Assembly: GCA_965287045.1 (NCBI GenBank)
Contig: OZ336889.1
Coordinates: 19,282,001-19,346,000, forward strand
DNA from: Carcharhinus amblyrhynchos
Taxonomy: Eukaryota
Reading direction: 5' to 3'
DNA: 64,000 nucleotides
Shown here: one piece after another, positions 48,490 through 61,110 of the stretch
Layout: each line of letters begins with the position of its first letter
How positions within the stretch are numbered: position 1 is the first letter of the stretch
Program-made: the position numbers and the translations under genes
Notes under the pieces: model-generated
What the model was told of the DNA's origin: nothing
The model's database searches: none
What the model saw: the letters and a program-made list of their open reading frames with translations, nothing else

Positions 48490-48770
48490 TTTAAGTTTAA
48501 ATTTTAAAGTTTATTTATTAATGTCACAAGCAGGCTTGTGAAAATCCCCTAGTCGCCAGACTCCGGTGTCTGTTCAGGTACACTAAGGGAGAATTTAGCA
48601 TGGCCAATGCACCTAACCAGCACATCTTTTGGACTATGGAAGGAAACTGGAGCACCCGGAGGAAACCCACACAGACACGGGAGAACATTCAAACTCTGCA
48701 GACAGTGACCCAACCCAGGAATCAAACCCGGATCCTTGGCGCTGTGAGGCAGCAGTGCTAACCACTGTGT
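48490..48770 (-). mobile_element. HE1-type V-SINE, tail B
   Basis: Family motifs. Confidence 0.9.
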
Positions 48771-48984
48771 CACTGGAGGGTACCTGTCACTTGTTCTTAA
48801 GTTTTGCTCCCACCTGTTGCTTCCCTGTATTATCTTAATGCCGCTATCAGCACCTTCCACAACCCTTCATTCTGCAATCGACACTTTCTCTGCCTCATGC
48901 CCTCCACATCTATATTGCAATTTCTCCTAGTTTACACCGACTACTGACCTTATTTTGTTCCACCAACTTTTATACATCACATTT

Positions 48985-49142
48985 CTCCCCTCTCCAGCTC
49001 TGAACGCAGATGTTAGATTTAACTTTGTTAAATGTTAACTTTGTTTCTCTCTTCTCAGATGCTGCCAGACCTGTTGAGTTTTTCTAATATTTTCTGCTCT
49101 TATTTCAACTTTCCAGCATCTGCTGCATTTTGCTTTTATTAT
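48985..49142 (+). mobile_element. Penelope-like end fragment
   Basis: cagatgctgccagacctgttgagtttttctaatattttctg...ccagcatctgctgcattttgctttt. Confidence 0.75.
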
Positions 49143-49559
49143 TGGTGGATTTTCATGGAGTTCGGGAGACTCCGAGTTGTGAAAATGGTGGCAGAGACCC
49201 AATACTGGAATTCCTGACACTGGTGGGATTTCTGTTACCCACCAGTGTGGGTGAAGGGTGCAAGTTGCTACACGTCACAGTCCCACATTCTGCACTCCTG
49301 ATCTGAGGGCTCCATAATGAGGATACGCATGTCCGAGTCCTCCTCAATTTTCACTGAGTTGGGCCAGTTTTTAAAGGATTCATGGTTCATGGCATGTCAG
49401 TGGATGAGAGAACCTATTGAACGATAGTTTGAAAGGTCTTCCCATTTCTCCATGCCAGTCTATACCCCTCGCCCATACCCATCGCTCCCATTATGCTCCA
49501 TGTCAAGCTGTACCCCTCCATTCATGTCTCTTGTCTCCTCATTCTCTCCATTCCATTTG

Positions 49560-49797
49560 ATTCATTGAGTCTGCACTGACCACAATCCCATGCATTTACC
49601 CTCCTAGTGCCCCTGACACTAAGGGGCAATTTTACCACGGCCACACATCTTTGGACTGTGGGAGGAAACTGGAGCACCCAGAAGAAACTCACGCAGACAG
49701 AGGGAGAATGTGCAAACTCCACACAGTGACAGTGACCCAATCAAACCTGGGTCCCTGGTGCTGTGAAGCAGCAGTGCTAATCACTGTGCCACTGTGT
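49560..49797 (-). mobile_element. HE1-type V-SINE, tail A
   Basis: Family motifs. Confidence 0.9.
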
Positions 49798-50629
49798 GTT
49801 TGATAATGCCCCTACAAAACACTTGGATCATTTTACCATATTTAAAAAAAAACTTGCATTTATAGATCACTTTTCAAAACCACCATTAGAGTCATCAAAG
49901 TACTTCATTGACGTGTAGTCATTGTTGTGGGAAAAATTGTTGGAAAAGGCACTGTTTGTGCATATTATCATTGTATTTTGCTAGTTGCATTTTGTAACAA
50001 TCCAGTAGCTTCATTGTCATGTTGGTTTCCAGATGTTTTGAAACTGCATTTGAATTCTCGGTTTGCCGCGAGGGGTTGAACTTGTGGTCCATGGATTATC
50101 ACTCCTGGTGTCTGTATTTACTAATCCAGTGCAGGAGCCCTGCTATGACTCGACCCCTGACTGAATATAAACTTCATAAGTCACTGGGCGAAGCGCTGTT
50201 AGATGTTGCCAATCTCTCGCTCAGAGGTTAAAGGACTCCGATTGAACCTAGGACTCCTGCAGCTGGAAGGGCAATTAAATCTCTACTGCTCGCCCGTCCA
50301 TGTAGGAGATCTATTTTCAACGTCCCCACAGACACTGGTGCCAGAGAAGTTGTATGTCCTGCTTGAGTGGAAGGAGTGAAATACAAGCTGAAGTAGCACC
50401 GAGATCCTGCAGTGTATCGTTATGTAAACGCGTAGACGTGGGGAGGAAAAAAAATCCAATTTGTACGTTTGTGCCAATGGCCAAACTGCTCTGTGATTAA
50501 ACTTGGTGGAAAAGGCAGGAAGGAGCCATCGTGCAAATTGGAGTCTAAATGACCCACAAATCAAATGGTTGGAGACATGGGTTTTGGTTGTGCAACTGCA
50601 ACCTCAAAAGAGCAGACAGTCCTTTTGGT

Positions 50630-50742
50630 GCGGTGGCCAGCATTCCTCCCCCAAGCCAACACCACAGAAAGACAGATTATCCAGTCGGTCATTTCATTGC
50701 TGCTTGTGGGAATTTGGCTGCCACATTTGCCTGCATAACACT
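50630..50742 (+). mobile_element. Deu-domain SINE fragment
   Basis: gtggccagcattcctcccccaagccaacaccac...cagattat...cattgctgcttgtggga..ttggctgccacatttgcctgcataac. Confidence 0.75.
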
Positions 50743-51096
50743 TAGGGAGGCAAACAAGTGGTGGGCGGTGATTACTTCCAGCCACTGCTTCTCTCACTAT
50801 CAGTAAATTCCTGCTCTGGTTATGGTGCTACAAAAGCACGTTTAAAAAGAAAGAGTGGGTATGCCATAACTTCTCCCCACAAACTTCAAAACTACTCCCT
50901 TATCCATGAGACACACTTGAAGAGCCTCTTTCCTGGATGGGTTCAGTCATAACAACATGCAAAGCTCAGCACCATCTAGAAGAAAGTATTTGCTGCTTAA
51001 ACTACTTAGCAACAGGAACTACGGTTGTAGATTGTATTCTATAGGTTACACTTCCAGACAGCACGCTTTATTTCATAGCATCATAGAATCTCTTCT

Positions 51097-51460
51097 TTTT
51101 ATTGTGTCACATCTAGGCTTACATTAACGCTGCAATGAAGTTACTTTGAAAATCCCCTAGACGCCACACTCCGGTGTCTATTCGGGTATGCTGAGGGAGA
51201 ATTTAGTATGGCTGATGCGCCCAACCCACACATCTTTCAGATGTGGGAGGAAACTGGAGCATTCGGAGGAAACCCACACAAACTCCACCCAGATAGTGAC
51301 CCGAAGCCGGAATTGAACCCAGGTACCTGGTGCTGTGAGGCAGCCAGAGCTCACAAGTGCTTGCTTTTTCTGCCATTGATACTCTAAAATGATTAGCTAG
51401 TTGCGCTTTTATTGTCCTGTAAAATGAGAGAGTGCTAACCACTTTGCCACCATGCTACCC
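51097..51460 (-). mobile_element. HE1-type V-SINE, tail B; head separated by an ~85-bp insert
   Basis: Body 51097-51345; head remnant agtgctaaccactttgccaccatgctaccc at 51431-51460. Confidence 0.88.
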
Positions 51461-52423
51461 CATATCATTTGGACCTCTATCCCTGTGAGTATTGCATTCT
51501 GAGAAGGATGAGGAGCAGCCATGCCACGTGAACGTTAACACCTCTGAGTTTGTCTCAAGCCACACCATGCTGTCTTGGACATGGGTCGTCTTTTTTTTAG
51601 TGGCTCACATTTCTGGAACGATGAGCAGACAATTGTAAAGTAAAATAATTGTATAATTACAGAATGTAAGAACCAAAAGGCTCATGTACAGTGCAAGGGG
51701 GAGAGAGAATGCATGATAATCTTCATGACTTACATGGGCAGTCACTAATTAACCTCCCAGTAGGATTCATTGAATACGAACTGATTGTGGGGAAACTTGA
51801 AGGTAGCCAATTGTGTCTTGACCTAAATGAATTCAAAATCGCTCTGCAGAGATGTAACAAATTTATTTTGAAAATAAAACATAGAACAAACAAAATAAGC
51901 AGACTGGAGATTCCCAAATGATTAAGTAGCTCTGGGAATAGAGCAACAGAACTTTTCCAAAAGATCCAAAATACATGGTCAAATACATATCAATTAGAGT
52001 TTTTTTTCTGATCAATAATTTGATCTTTCACTAGCTTAAAATGAATTTCATTTAGTAATCATATATCAACACAAGTCTTTGTCAGTATGATACTTAATAG
52101 CATGGTGATATCTTATTCGTCCAACAAGTCCGGATGCTGTCTCCCTTCTTGGCTCTATTTCCCTGTTATCTGGTAAAGGCAGACACTATCGTAAGGTCAA
52201 AGTGGACAATCCCACTGGCTCACTGCCAAATTGAATAGACATGTGTTCCTGTGTCCAAGTGTATATCTATCCTTGTGTCTGTCAGCGAATGCTTCGATTC
52301 ATTATGTTGCAAAATACGTTCCCTCATAGGAATCCTCACGATAAGATTGCTACTGACTAACAGGTTCCCAGACCTCTGGTTTTTAACTATTGACATTTGC
52401 TATCGTGCCTTTCGGTAACTTGG

Positions 52424-52953
52424 AGAAGGAAACGAGAGAGTGCAGAATGTAGTATTACAGTCATAGCTAGGGTGTAGAGAAAGATCACCTTAATGCAAGG
52501 TAGGTCCATTCAAAAGTCTGATGGTAGCAGGGAAAAAGCTGTTCGTGAGTCAGTTGGTATATGACCCCAGACTTGTGTATCTTTTTCCTGATGGAAGAAG
52601 GTGGAAGAGAGAGTGTCCAGGATGCGTGGGGTCCTTAATTATGCCGGTTGCTTTGTTGAGGCAGCGTGAAGTGTAGATAGAGTCAATGGATGGGAGGCTG
52701 GTTTGTGTGATGGATTGGGCAACATTCACGACCTTTTGAGCTTTCTTGCAATTTTTGGGAAGAGCAGCTGTGATACAACCAAAAAGAAGGCTTTCTGTGT
52801 TGCATCTGTAAAAGTTGGTGAGAGTTGTAGCTGACATGCCAAATTTCCTTAGCCTCCTGAGAAAGTAGTGGCTTTCTTAACTATAATGTTGGCATGGGGG
52901 GGACCAGGACAGGATGTTAGTGATCTGGACACCTAAAAACTTGAAGCTCTCGA
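52424..52953 (-). mobile_element. Rex1/Babar LINE RT C-terminus and 3' UTR
   Basis: ORF 52550-52837: TLTNFYRCNTESLL.GCIT...QKVVNVAQSITQTSLPSIDSIYTSRCLNKATGIIKDPTHPGHSLFHLLPSGKRY. Confidence 0.93.
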
Positions 52954-53784
52954 CAAATGTCACAAGAAGGAGCCACCGCAGCGTGCGACTGGTCCAGCTT
53001 GCTGGAGTTTCTATCAGTATGTTACAGCTGCAACTTCGTAAACAAGTGACTGCTTTCTACTAAAAATGGAAAACAAGGCTCTCGTAGCCAATGTGAATGT
53101 TTGTTATTATTCGGGGAGAGAGAATTTGCGCACATATGCAGCTCAGTCCGGCCAATTCTGAAATGCTGCTGCTTTCTGGAGCTGGTGCTCGTTGCAATGG
53201 GCTTCCTGGAGCAGTGCTTTGCCAGTAACGCTTCCTGCTATTAAAGCTGCATTGGGTAATTTAAATCATACCCAAGGCTGCAGCGTAAAGTAATAATCTT
53301 TTTATGTCTCGAACCCTACTGGGGCCTGGATGTTGGAAGGCTGCGCGGGTTAGAAATCCAAATGCATAGCTAGTCACTGAAAAATATTTAATAGGAACAG
53401 TACTTACCATTAATATGCCTTTTTCAGTGAGATGGAGGCCGAAGCTGACAGTGGTTTGGTACCCCGGGGCCACAAATATATGATTCGTGCCTCAACAGCT
53501 TGGATGATTAAAAGCCTAGTTAGGCAACCTATTTGTTCCCTGGCTGGGGAAGATTGTTAAATTATGGAGCAAAACACTGGATTTGCTGTCCTTTTTCTTT
53601 AACTGAAATATGATGATGATTTTTCAAATTTGGCAACTACGTTTCATAGGTGGGTAGCTTGAAATGGCCATTCATTTTGAAAATAAAGTTGTGATCTCTA
53701 CAGCACTCTTGTGAACACAGAAATGGCACCGGATCTTTTCGGGTGGCCACTTATCCCGCAGTTGGTGATTGTTAAAAGTACACC

Positions 53785-53925
53785 AGGATGGGTACGTGAA
53801 TAGGGAGGGAATAGAGGGATACGGACCGAGGAAGGGCAGAAGGTTTTTTGTTAGCTAGGGCATCATGATCAGCACACGGGTTTGGAGGGCCGAATGGCTT
53901 GTTTCTATGCTGCACTTTTCTTTGC
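53785..53925 (+). mobile_element. CR1 3' tail
   Basis: gaatagggagggaatagagggatacggacc...ttggagggccgaatggc; matches 31730-31850. Confidence 0.85.
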
Positions 53926-54025
53926 CTCCCTTCTTTGCATTAGCAGGAATGAAAGCTCTAAATCCCCAAGAGTTATGAAGTTAGTAATCTAGCTTTGATA
54001 GTCAACCTCGCATATTAATTGCATA

Positions 54026-54328
54026 ACAGCATTGCCTCACAGCTCCAGGAATCCAGGTTCAATGCCGGCCTTGCTTCATAGTCTGTTTGGAGCTTGCACA
54101 TTCTTCCCGTGTCTGCGTGGATTTCCTCTGGGTGCTCAGGTTTCCTCCCACGGTCCGAAAGATGGATTGGCCACGCTAAATTGCTTCTTATTGTCTCAGG
54201 ATGTCTAGGTTAGGAGGATTAGTGGGGTAGCTGTGTAGGCCTGAGTAGGATGCTCTGTTGGAGAGTCAGTGCAGACTCAGTGGGCTGAATGGCCTCCTCC
54301 CGCACTGTAGGAATTCTGCGATTCTATA
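54026..54328 (+). mobile_element. HE1-type V-SINE, tail A
   Basis: Family motifs. Confidence 0.9.
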
Positions 54329-54617
54329 AAACCATCCCATCAAACTCCTCCGGCCTGGATGTGAGAGGCCGTGCAACTGTTCCATGGTGGTGGAACTTCT
54401 TTGGAAATGTAGATGATACGGAATTAAACCAACCAGATTTCATCGTGGAGAACCAGGCAGCCCAGCAAAAACATCAGTCAAAGCCTCATTGTGATGATGA
54501 TGCCATTCATTTGTTAACTTCTTCACAACACTGCCTAATAAGATTTGTATTTAATGAACTGATAAGTCACCAGCTGATCCCTCTTGCCATCCAGTTATCT
54601 TCTGGTGGCACACAGTA

Positions 54618-55622
54618 GGCGGAATTTAATGCCCTCTCCCACGGCAAGTTTGGTGCTGAGGGGGCAGGATGGGCATCCCGCTCCCTTCCTGACTCCACAC
54701 TGATTGATTAACTCTCCAGCAGAAAGGTCTGAAACAGCCGACCCATCCCACAGCCAGTTGAGGCCCTTAAGTTGGTGACTATCTTCCCACCACTAGCAGT
54801 GCTGACAAATCACCATGTGGGGAGCACAAAAAGCAAACCAGGTGGGGGGTTGCTCGTAGGCTCTTAGGGATGGCCTCTTTTAAAGGCACTCAAATCCCTG
54901 ATTGAGGGACCTTGCATTGGGAAGTGGAGATGGATGGCAGCAGCACTGAGGTGGTACCCGAGTGGTATTAATCCAGAAACTCAGCTAATGTTCTGGGGAC
55001 CCGAGTTCAAATCCCACCACGGCAAATGGTAGAATTTGAAGTCACTAAAAAATGCCTGGAATTAAGAATCTACTGACAATCAGGAAACCTTTGACGATTG
55101 TCCGCAAAACCCATCTGGTTCACTAATATCCTCTGAAGGAAGGAAATCTGCCATCCTCACCTGGTCTGGTCTATATGTGACTCCAGAGCCACAGTAATGT
55201 GGCTGACTTTCAAATGCCCTCTGAAATCACTCAGTTGTATCAATGAAAGGCAACTAAGGATGGACAATAAATGCTGGCCAGCCAGCGATGCCCATGTCCC
55301 ACTAATGAATAAAAAAGGAAGTCCCTCCCCAATGACCCCTAGTCCTGCTGACGCGCATGCTGTGGCCCGGGATTCAGTGATGAATCTAGGCTTTGGGTGA
55401 TTGTCATACTGGCAGCAGCCACTACCACTCTGGTGATGCCATTCAATAGAACCACAGGCCTCTGGACAGTAGCTCATAGAGGACAGGATCACCAGGTGTC
55501 CGCTTAAGTGTTTGAATGTCACTTAGTATGACAGGTCTTCTCTGAAAGAGACCACGCCTGGCTCTTTGCCAGCTTTCCAGTCAGTGGGCAAGGCCCCCAT
55601 CACCTCTACATAAAATATCACC
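54618..55622. mobile_element. MITE (Harbinger-like) interrupted by SINE-C
   Basis: Ends ggcggaatttaatg ... taaaatatcaccc; internal gaggcccttaag and cttaagtg motifs. Confidence 0.5.
54958..55316 (+). mobile_element. SINE-C copy
   Basis: ttctggggacccgagttcaaatcccacc...caataaatgctggccagccagcgatgcccatgtccc. Confidence 0.9.
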
Positions 55623-56299
55623 CACTGTGTTCATTTAATGATGAACAGCATTGGTCTCGTGCAGTGCTGCTTCCCCCTGTAGGAGAGAAATGAACAAGTG
55701 GAAGATCGATTCGACTGGCAGTGAGCTGGAAGAAGCAGATCTTGCTAGCGCGACCTCTTGGGGGTCAATGGCTTCATTTCTCCCCGTCACCATGCAAAGC
55801 GCACAGCATGCACCTTACAGACCCGCTCTTGCACTGCTGTTACCCTGAGCATTTTCTTAATTGCTGTGTTCATCAAATAGAACAGAATTTGCACTCGCCA
55901 TAAGATTGTTATCTTGGAGCTCTCTGCAACTCAGCTGCTTTGCAATGGCCCTGCATGTTAATAAGGAATTTTAAATAAATAATTACCAAAAGAGGTTGTT
56001 ATAAATATGATGGGATTTAAGTGTCCTTTGAGAGGGCTGGTGTGCGTGTTTGCAATATTCATATGTTTGTATAAGTTAATTAGCTCTCATTAGTTAGCAT
56101 TACAGAATAAATGAAAGACGGGTTCACATTTTCATAGCAAATCGCAGCAGTAATGCAAATCGAAGCAATCAGTGGTTAACCCTTTCCGTGCCGATTCACA
56201 ATGTGTCAGTGGATTGGAGTGCTTTGCATTTCATGTTGCTTAACACATCCTTTCTGTCCCATGAGTCCTGATTTAGTTGGGTCCTTAGATTAGGAACCG

Positions 56300-56590
56300 G
56301 TGATAATATCACACCAACAGCTTGGCAGGTTTAGCTGATGAGTGGTTCACTGTGCAACCGGGAAGTCCTTGAGTTTCAGTCTCCCGTCCCTTCTCGGAAG
56401 CCTTGCTGGAAAACGCATTGACCATCGTTGGCTGAGATCAGGATCAGGCTAACTGCAATGCCATCTATCGTGTGCTAGACTGCTAGCACACGCTATTAAA
56501 GGATTTCCCATAAATAACGACAAACTGAAACAAGCTACTGATATCCATAGCCCAGCAAAGGATTAAAGCCTTTGAGGGAAGAGGGGAAAG
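56300..56590 (+). mobile_element. Old AmnSINE2-like SINE
   Basis: ccttgctggaaaacgc...ggatcaggctaactgcaatgcc...gcctttgagggaagaggggaaa. Confidence 0.45.
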
Positions 56591-57104
56591 AATGTAATTT
56601 GACACATTAATCTGAGCAATATAAGGGGTTCATCACATTGGAATCAGGGGGAAGGGAAGCTAGGATTATATTTTGAAATAGGAAATTGAAAGAACAGAAC
56701 TCAAATGAATGATACTGCGCATAAATAGGGAGTGTATTTCAAACTGGGCTTTCATTGTTTCCATGATTTTCCATTAAGGAAAATTAAATCAAATTTGAAA
56801 GCATAAAATTACTTCATAATTACTGGGGTGCTAATAAAAAGATAGTCTAGACAAATAATAATAAAAGATATCTACAAAATTAAATTTAGGGAGCGTATGG
56901 GAGAAAATTAGCAAAACATATCATTTAAAAATGCATTATTTAGGTGTATGGAAATTGAGTTTAACTAATTTAGTCATAGGATAGTAAGAAATGAATAAGG
57001 CAAGCTTATAGTGGAGAGCGAGGGATAAATAATTACTTTGCTTCAGTTTTTTAGATGGATGTGAATTTTGGAGGACCACCAAAGATCATTATGGAGCTCA
57101 CAAT

Positions 57105-57411
57105 CGTAGGACCCCGACAGTGCAGAAGGAGGCCATTTGGCCCATCGAGTTTGCACTGACTACAATCCCATCCAGGCCCTGTCCACATAACCCCACATAT
57201 ATACTCTGCTAGTCTCCCTGACACTAAGGAGCAATTTAGCATGGCCAATCCACCTAACCCACAAATCTTTGGATTGTGGGAGGAAACTGGAGCACCCAAA
57301 GGAAACCCACGCAGACAAAGGGAGAATGCGCAAACTCCACATATAGTCACCCAAGCCGGAATTGAACCTGGGTCCCCAGTACTGTGAGGCAGCAGTGCTA
57401 CTGTGCTGCCC
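57105..57411 (-). mobile_element. HE1-type V-SINE, tail A
   Basis: Family motifs. Confidence 0.92.
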
Positions 57412-57942
57412 CTTTGAACACTTATTACCCAAAGAAAATTGGGACTAACGGAGTTTCTCACTGTTAGGATTTGAGGTTTACATCTGACGATCTTAGAAAG
57501 TTGCAAAAGAAAAAGTAACTGACACAATTCCGGAAAAGGAAATTTGTGTTGGAATATTGGAGTGAAATCTGACTCCACCCCTTCACTTCCCAAAGGGAGA
57601 CTGGAACAAGTCTGGCAAGGATTATGCTGTGGTAACTGGTGATAAATTGTCTCCATTGTCAGTGACATGGTAATGAGAGGTCACAAATTTAGAAACTTGT
57701 TTTTTTAGTTCGGAGGATGGTTAGATTGTGGGACTTTCTGCAATAGACCATATTGAAACAGATTCCATGAATTCTTTTTAAAGGACGCTTAGATGTTTGC
57801 GTGAAAAAGAGCAATATCAAATGGCACTGGATGTAAGGAGGACTGTGACTCCAATTGAGTATTGAGAAAAGAACTGATGTAGATTGGATGGGCGAATCTG
57901 TTCCTTTATTTTCTTCCAACACAATACGTATATATTATTTTC

Positions 57943-58616
57943 ATTTTTTAATTCATTCATGGGACATGGACGTTGCTGGCTGACCAGCATTTATTGCTCA
58001 TCCCTAATTGCCCTTGAAGGGCAGTTGAGTGTCAACCACATTGCTTTGACTCTGGGGTCACATGTAGGTCCAGGTAAGGACAGCAGGTTTCCTTCTCTAC
58101 AGGATGTTAGTGAACCAGATGGGTTTTTCTGACAATCAACAAGAAAGGACAGTAGGACTAGGGGGCACAGCCTCAAGATAAAGGGGGGGCGGTTTAGAAC
58201 GGAGTTGAGGAAGACCTTCTTCACTCAAAGGGTGGTGAATCTCTGGAATTCTCTGCCCGTTGAACTGGTGGAGGCTGCCTCGCTAAATATTTTTAAGACG
58301 TGGGTTGATGGGTTTTTGATAAGAGAGGGGATTAAGGGTTATGGGGAGAGGGCGGGAATGTGGAACTGAGCCATGACAGATCAGCCATGATCTTATTGAA
58401 TGGCGGGGCAGGCTCGAAGGGCCAGATGGCCTACTCCTGCTCCTATTTCTTATGTTCTTATGTTCACGTTCATCACGTAGATTCTTGATTCCAAGATATT
58501 TTTTAGTGAATTCAAATTCCACCATCTGCCATGGTGGGATTTGAACCTCAGTTCACAGATCAATAGCAGAGTATCTGGATTAATTGTCCATCGATAGCGC
58601 CACTAGGTCGCTTCCC
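57943..58616 (-). mobile_element. SINE-C copy interrupted by a young CR1
   Basis: 57943-58140 and 58466-58616 are collinear with 2465-2857. Confidence 0.88.
58141..58465 (+). mobile_element. Young 5'-truncated CR1 LINE
   Basis: Open frame KDSRTRGHSLKIKGGRFRTELRKTFFTQRVVNLWNSLPVELVEAASLNIFK...GIKGYGERAGMWN*; tail ...ctcctatttcttatgttcttatgttc. Confidence 0.95.
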
Positions 58617-59552
58617 CTAACCGTGAGGCCATTGCCCCCCCATTAGGCATGAGTGTAAAAGAGAGAGAGAGAGGGGCAATAAGGGCAATTTTATTTGGCT
58701 GCCTGGCCTGAGCCTTACGGAACTGGGTCACCTGCCAGGCTTACACCTTCAGTTTTATTTGGTGTGATGGTGCAGACAAGATTGGATTTGTGAAGGACTG
58801 TGTAAACCAGTGCACTTCTAGTCTTGCACAATGCCTTCGTCACTAAACTGTGCATTGCTCCTGTGAAGTATTCCATTCATTACACTTGAATCTGGTGAAA
58901 TAGTTCACAGGAGGCTCGCTAGCCAGGTCTCATATCAACACAGCAGCACTCTATCTGTAGGTGGATCCTGAGGATTTGAAGCAGCATTCCTTTTGTTGCA
59001 CTTTTAAATTATTTTATCAACCCACATCCACTGGGGAAGAGTTAATCCAATCGTGCCTGGTGCTGACACACAGGAATTTATAGTTGAGACATTTTTTTAT
59101 TTATGGTTTCTTCATGGACATGAACACCAAATGGCAGCTATTAAATGGTGAGCTGCTAATAGAGAGGCTGATCAATCAGCCAGAAGTAATAAATCTTTGT
59201 AGCTTTTGCTGTGACGCATTCAGATACATCGAGAACTCTTCAGGGTTCAGTGTTTTAACTCCACGCACACTTAAACGTTAACTAATTTGAACAAGGTTGT
59301 TGCATATTCAGTAGAGTTGAGATTAGTTGCTGCGTGACTGTGTGGAGCTCCTGTTCATCAGGTAAGGGTTACTCACCCTAATATAGCACCACTGCTGAAA
59401 TTATCATACACTGCCGTGGATCGAAACACTGACTTTGTAACTTCAGCATGCTGTGCCCACAGATGTGAAAACAAATGTAGCGGGACTGAACTTCCACCAA
59501 CATTGTATGTAATCCGCACTATCGCACAGGACTTTACACTCGCTACGCAGCA

Positions 59553-60235
59553 CCAACAACTTGTATTTATGTAGCATGCTTAATGTTGTGAAATTCCCCA
59601 AGACATTTCACCAGAGTGTTAGCAGACAGACTTTGGCACTGAGGTGCGTAAGAAGATATTAGGGTGGATGAACGAAAGCTTAGTCAAGGAGGAAGGCTTT
59701 AAGGAATGTCATAAAGGAGGAAAGTGAGGTAGATGGGTTGATTGTGGAAATTTCAGAGTTTGTCAGCCGAAGGCATGGCCATCAATGCTGCAACAATTAA
59801 AACTGGGATGCTGAAGAGGCCAGAATTAGGGTACAGGAATCTTGGATGTTTGTTGAGCTGGGTGTGGTTGCAGAGATAGGGAAATGGGTGACTATATAGG
59901 GAATTGATGATAACTTTGAGAAGTGTTAAATTATGGCGCTGCTTAATTAGAAGTCAGTGTAGATCAATGGGCACAGTGGCGGTGGGTGAACTTGGTGCAA
60001 ATAAGTATGTCGACAGCAGAGTTTTGGATGAGCTCAGGCCTATGAAGGGTGGAAGATGGAAAGCCAGCCAGAGTGTTGGAATGGTCAGTTTTCAAAGTCA
60101 CAAGGATGTCGATAAGGGTTTCAGCAGCAAACGAGTTGAGGCAAAGTAAGGCAATGTTCTGATGGTCTAAGCAATGGCACAGTTAAGTAGTTGGAATCTC
60201 ATCTCGTGGTCAATAGTGTCATCTGAGTCACTGGC
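59553..60235 (-). mobile_element. L2 LINE 3' fragment
   Basis: caacaacttgtatttatgtagc (L2 tail reversed)...gcagagttttggatgagctc. Confidence 0.8.
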
Positions 60236-60289
60236 CAGTCAGAGTGGTGGCATCAGAGGCTAGGGAATAGAGTTCACAGCGGGGACTGC

Positions 60290-61110
60290 AGACTAAGGTC
60301 CAAGGTTGTGGATTTGGAAGGCGTTGTCCAACGAGTCATGGTGGGTTGCTCCTGTGCCACTTGTAGTTGGCACACACTTTTGTGCCATGTGCTAGTGGCA
60401 AAGGAGTTTAAGGAGATGGGTGGCGTGTCAAGAATGTTGGATGGTGCTGAGCAGCTTAGTGCTGTTGGAGCTGCACTGATCTAAGCAACTGGAGAGCATT
60501 CCCTCCAACGCCTGACTTGTGCCTTGTAGATAGTGAAGTGGCTTTGCAGAGTCAGGGGATGAGTTACTCAGCGCAGAGTTCCCCGACTCCCCAAAGCTGG
60601 TCCACTCTCTACAAGGCCCAAAACAAATGTTTGAAAGGAAAGCTCTCCATTTGCCTGGGTGAGTGCAATACCAAGGGAAGATGGTGAGATTATTTCTTGC
60701 TGGAGACAGTCATTGCCTGGCACTTGCATGGTGCAGGTGACACAGTGATTAGCACTGCTGCCTGACAGCGCCAGGGACCCGGGTTCGATTCGTTCTTCCC
60801 AAGTCTGCGTGGGTTTCCCCTCGGGTGCTGTGGTTTCCTCCAGCTGTCTGAAAGACGTGCTGGTTAGGTGCATTGGCCATGCTGAATTCTTCTTCAGTGT
60901 ACCCGAACAGGTGCCAGAGGGTGGTGATTGGGGATTTTCATAGTAACTTCATTACAGTGTTAACGTGAACCTATTTGTGACACATAAATAAACTTTAACT
61001 TTGAATGTTACCTGTCACTGAATAGCCCAGGCCTGAGGATGTTGTCGTGCTGCATCATCAGTGTGCCCCCTTCAATATTGGAGGAGTTATGGACTTGAGT
61101 GAACACTGTG
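60290..61110 (-). mobile_element. Decayed CR1/L2-group LINE RT fragment interrupted by an HE1 SINE
   Basis: cctgacttgtgccttgtagatagtg reversed encodes TIYKAQVR; tgttggagctgcac reversed encodes SAAPT. Confidence 0.7.
60733..61002 (+). mobile_element. HE1-type V-SINE, tail B
   Basis: Family motifs. Confidence 0.9.

Noticed and set aside
51870-52015. Minus-strand DHVFW..FWK motif reminiscent of an L1/Tx1 ORF2 C-terminus
   Set aside because: It is too short and degenerate to call without a profile search.
53400-53475. Perfect minus-strand donor ATG|GTAAGTA
   Set aside because: There is no good acceptor upstream, and the frames are closed or unrecognisable.
55665-55730. Possible short exon after cttccccctgtAG
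   Set aside because: Neither peptide (ERNEQVEDRFDW or REMNKWKIDSTG) is recognisable, and there is no independent support.
57051-57668. 205-aa minus-strand ORF
   Set aside because: About half of it is an HE1 SINE, and the rest is not recognisable as protein.
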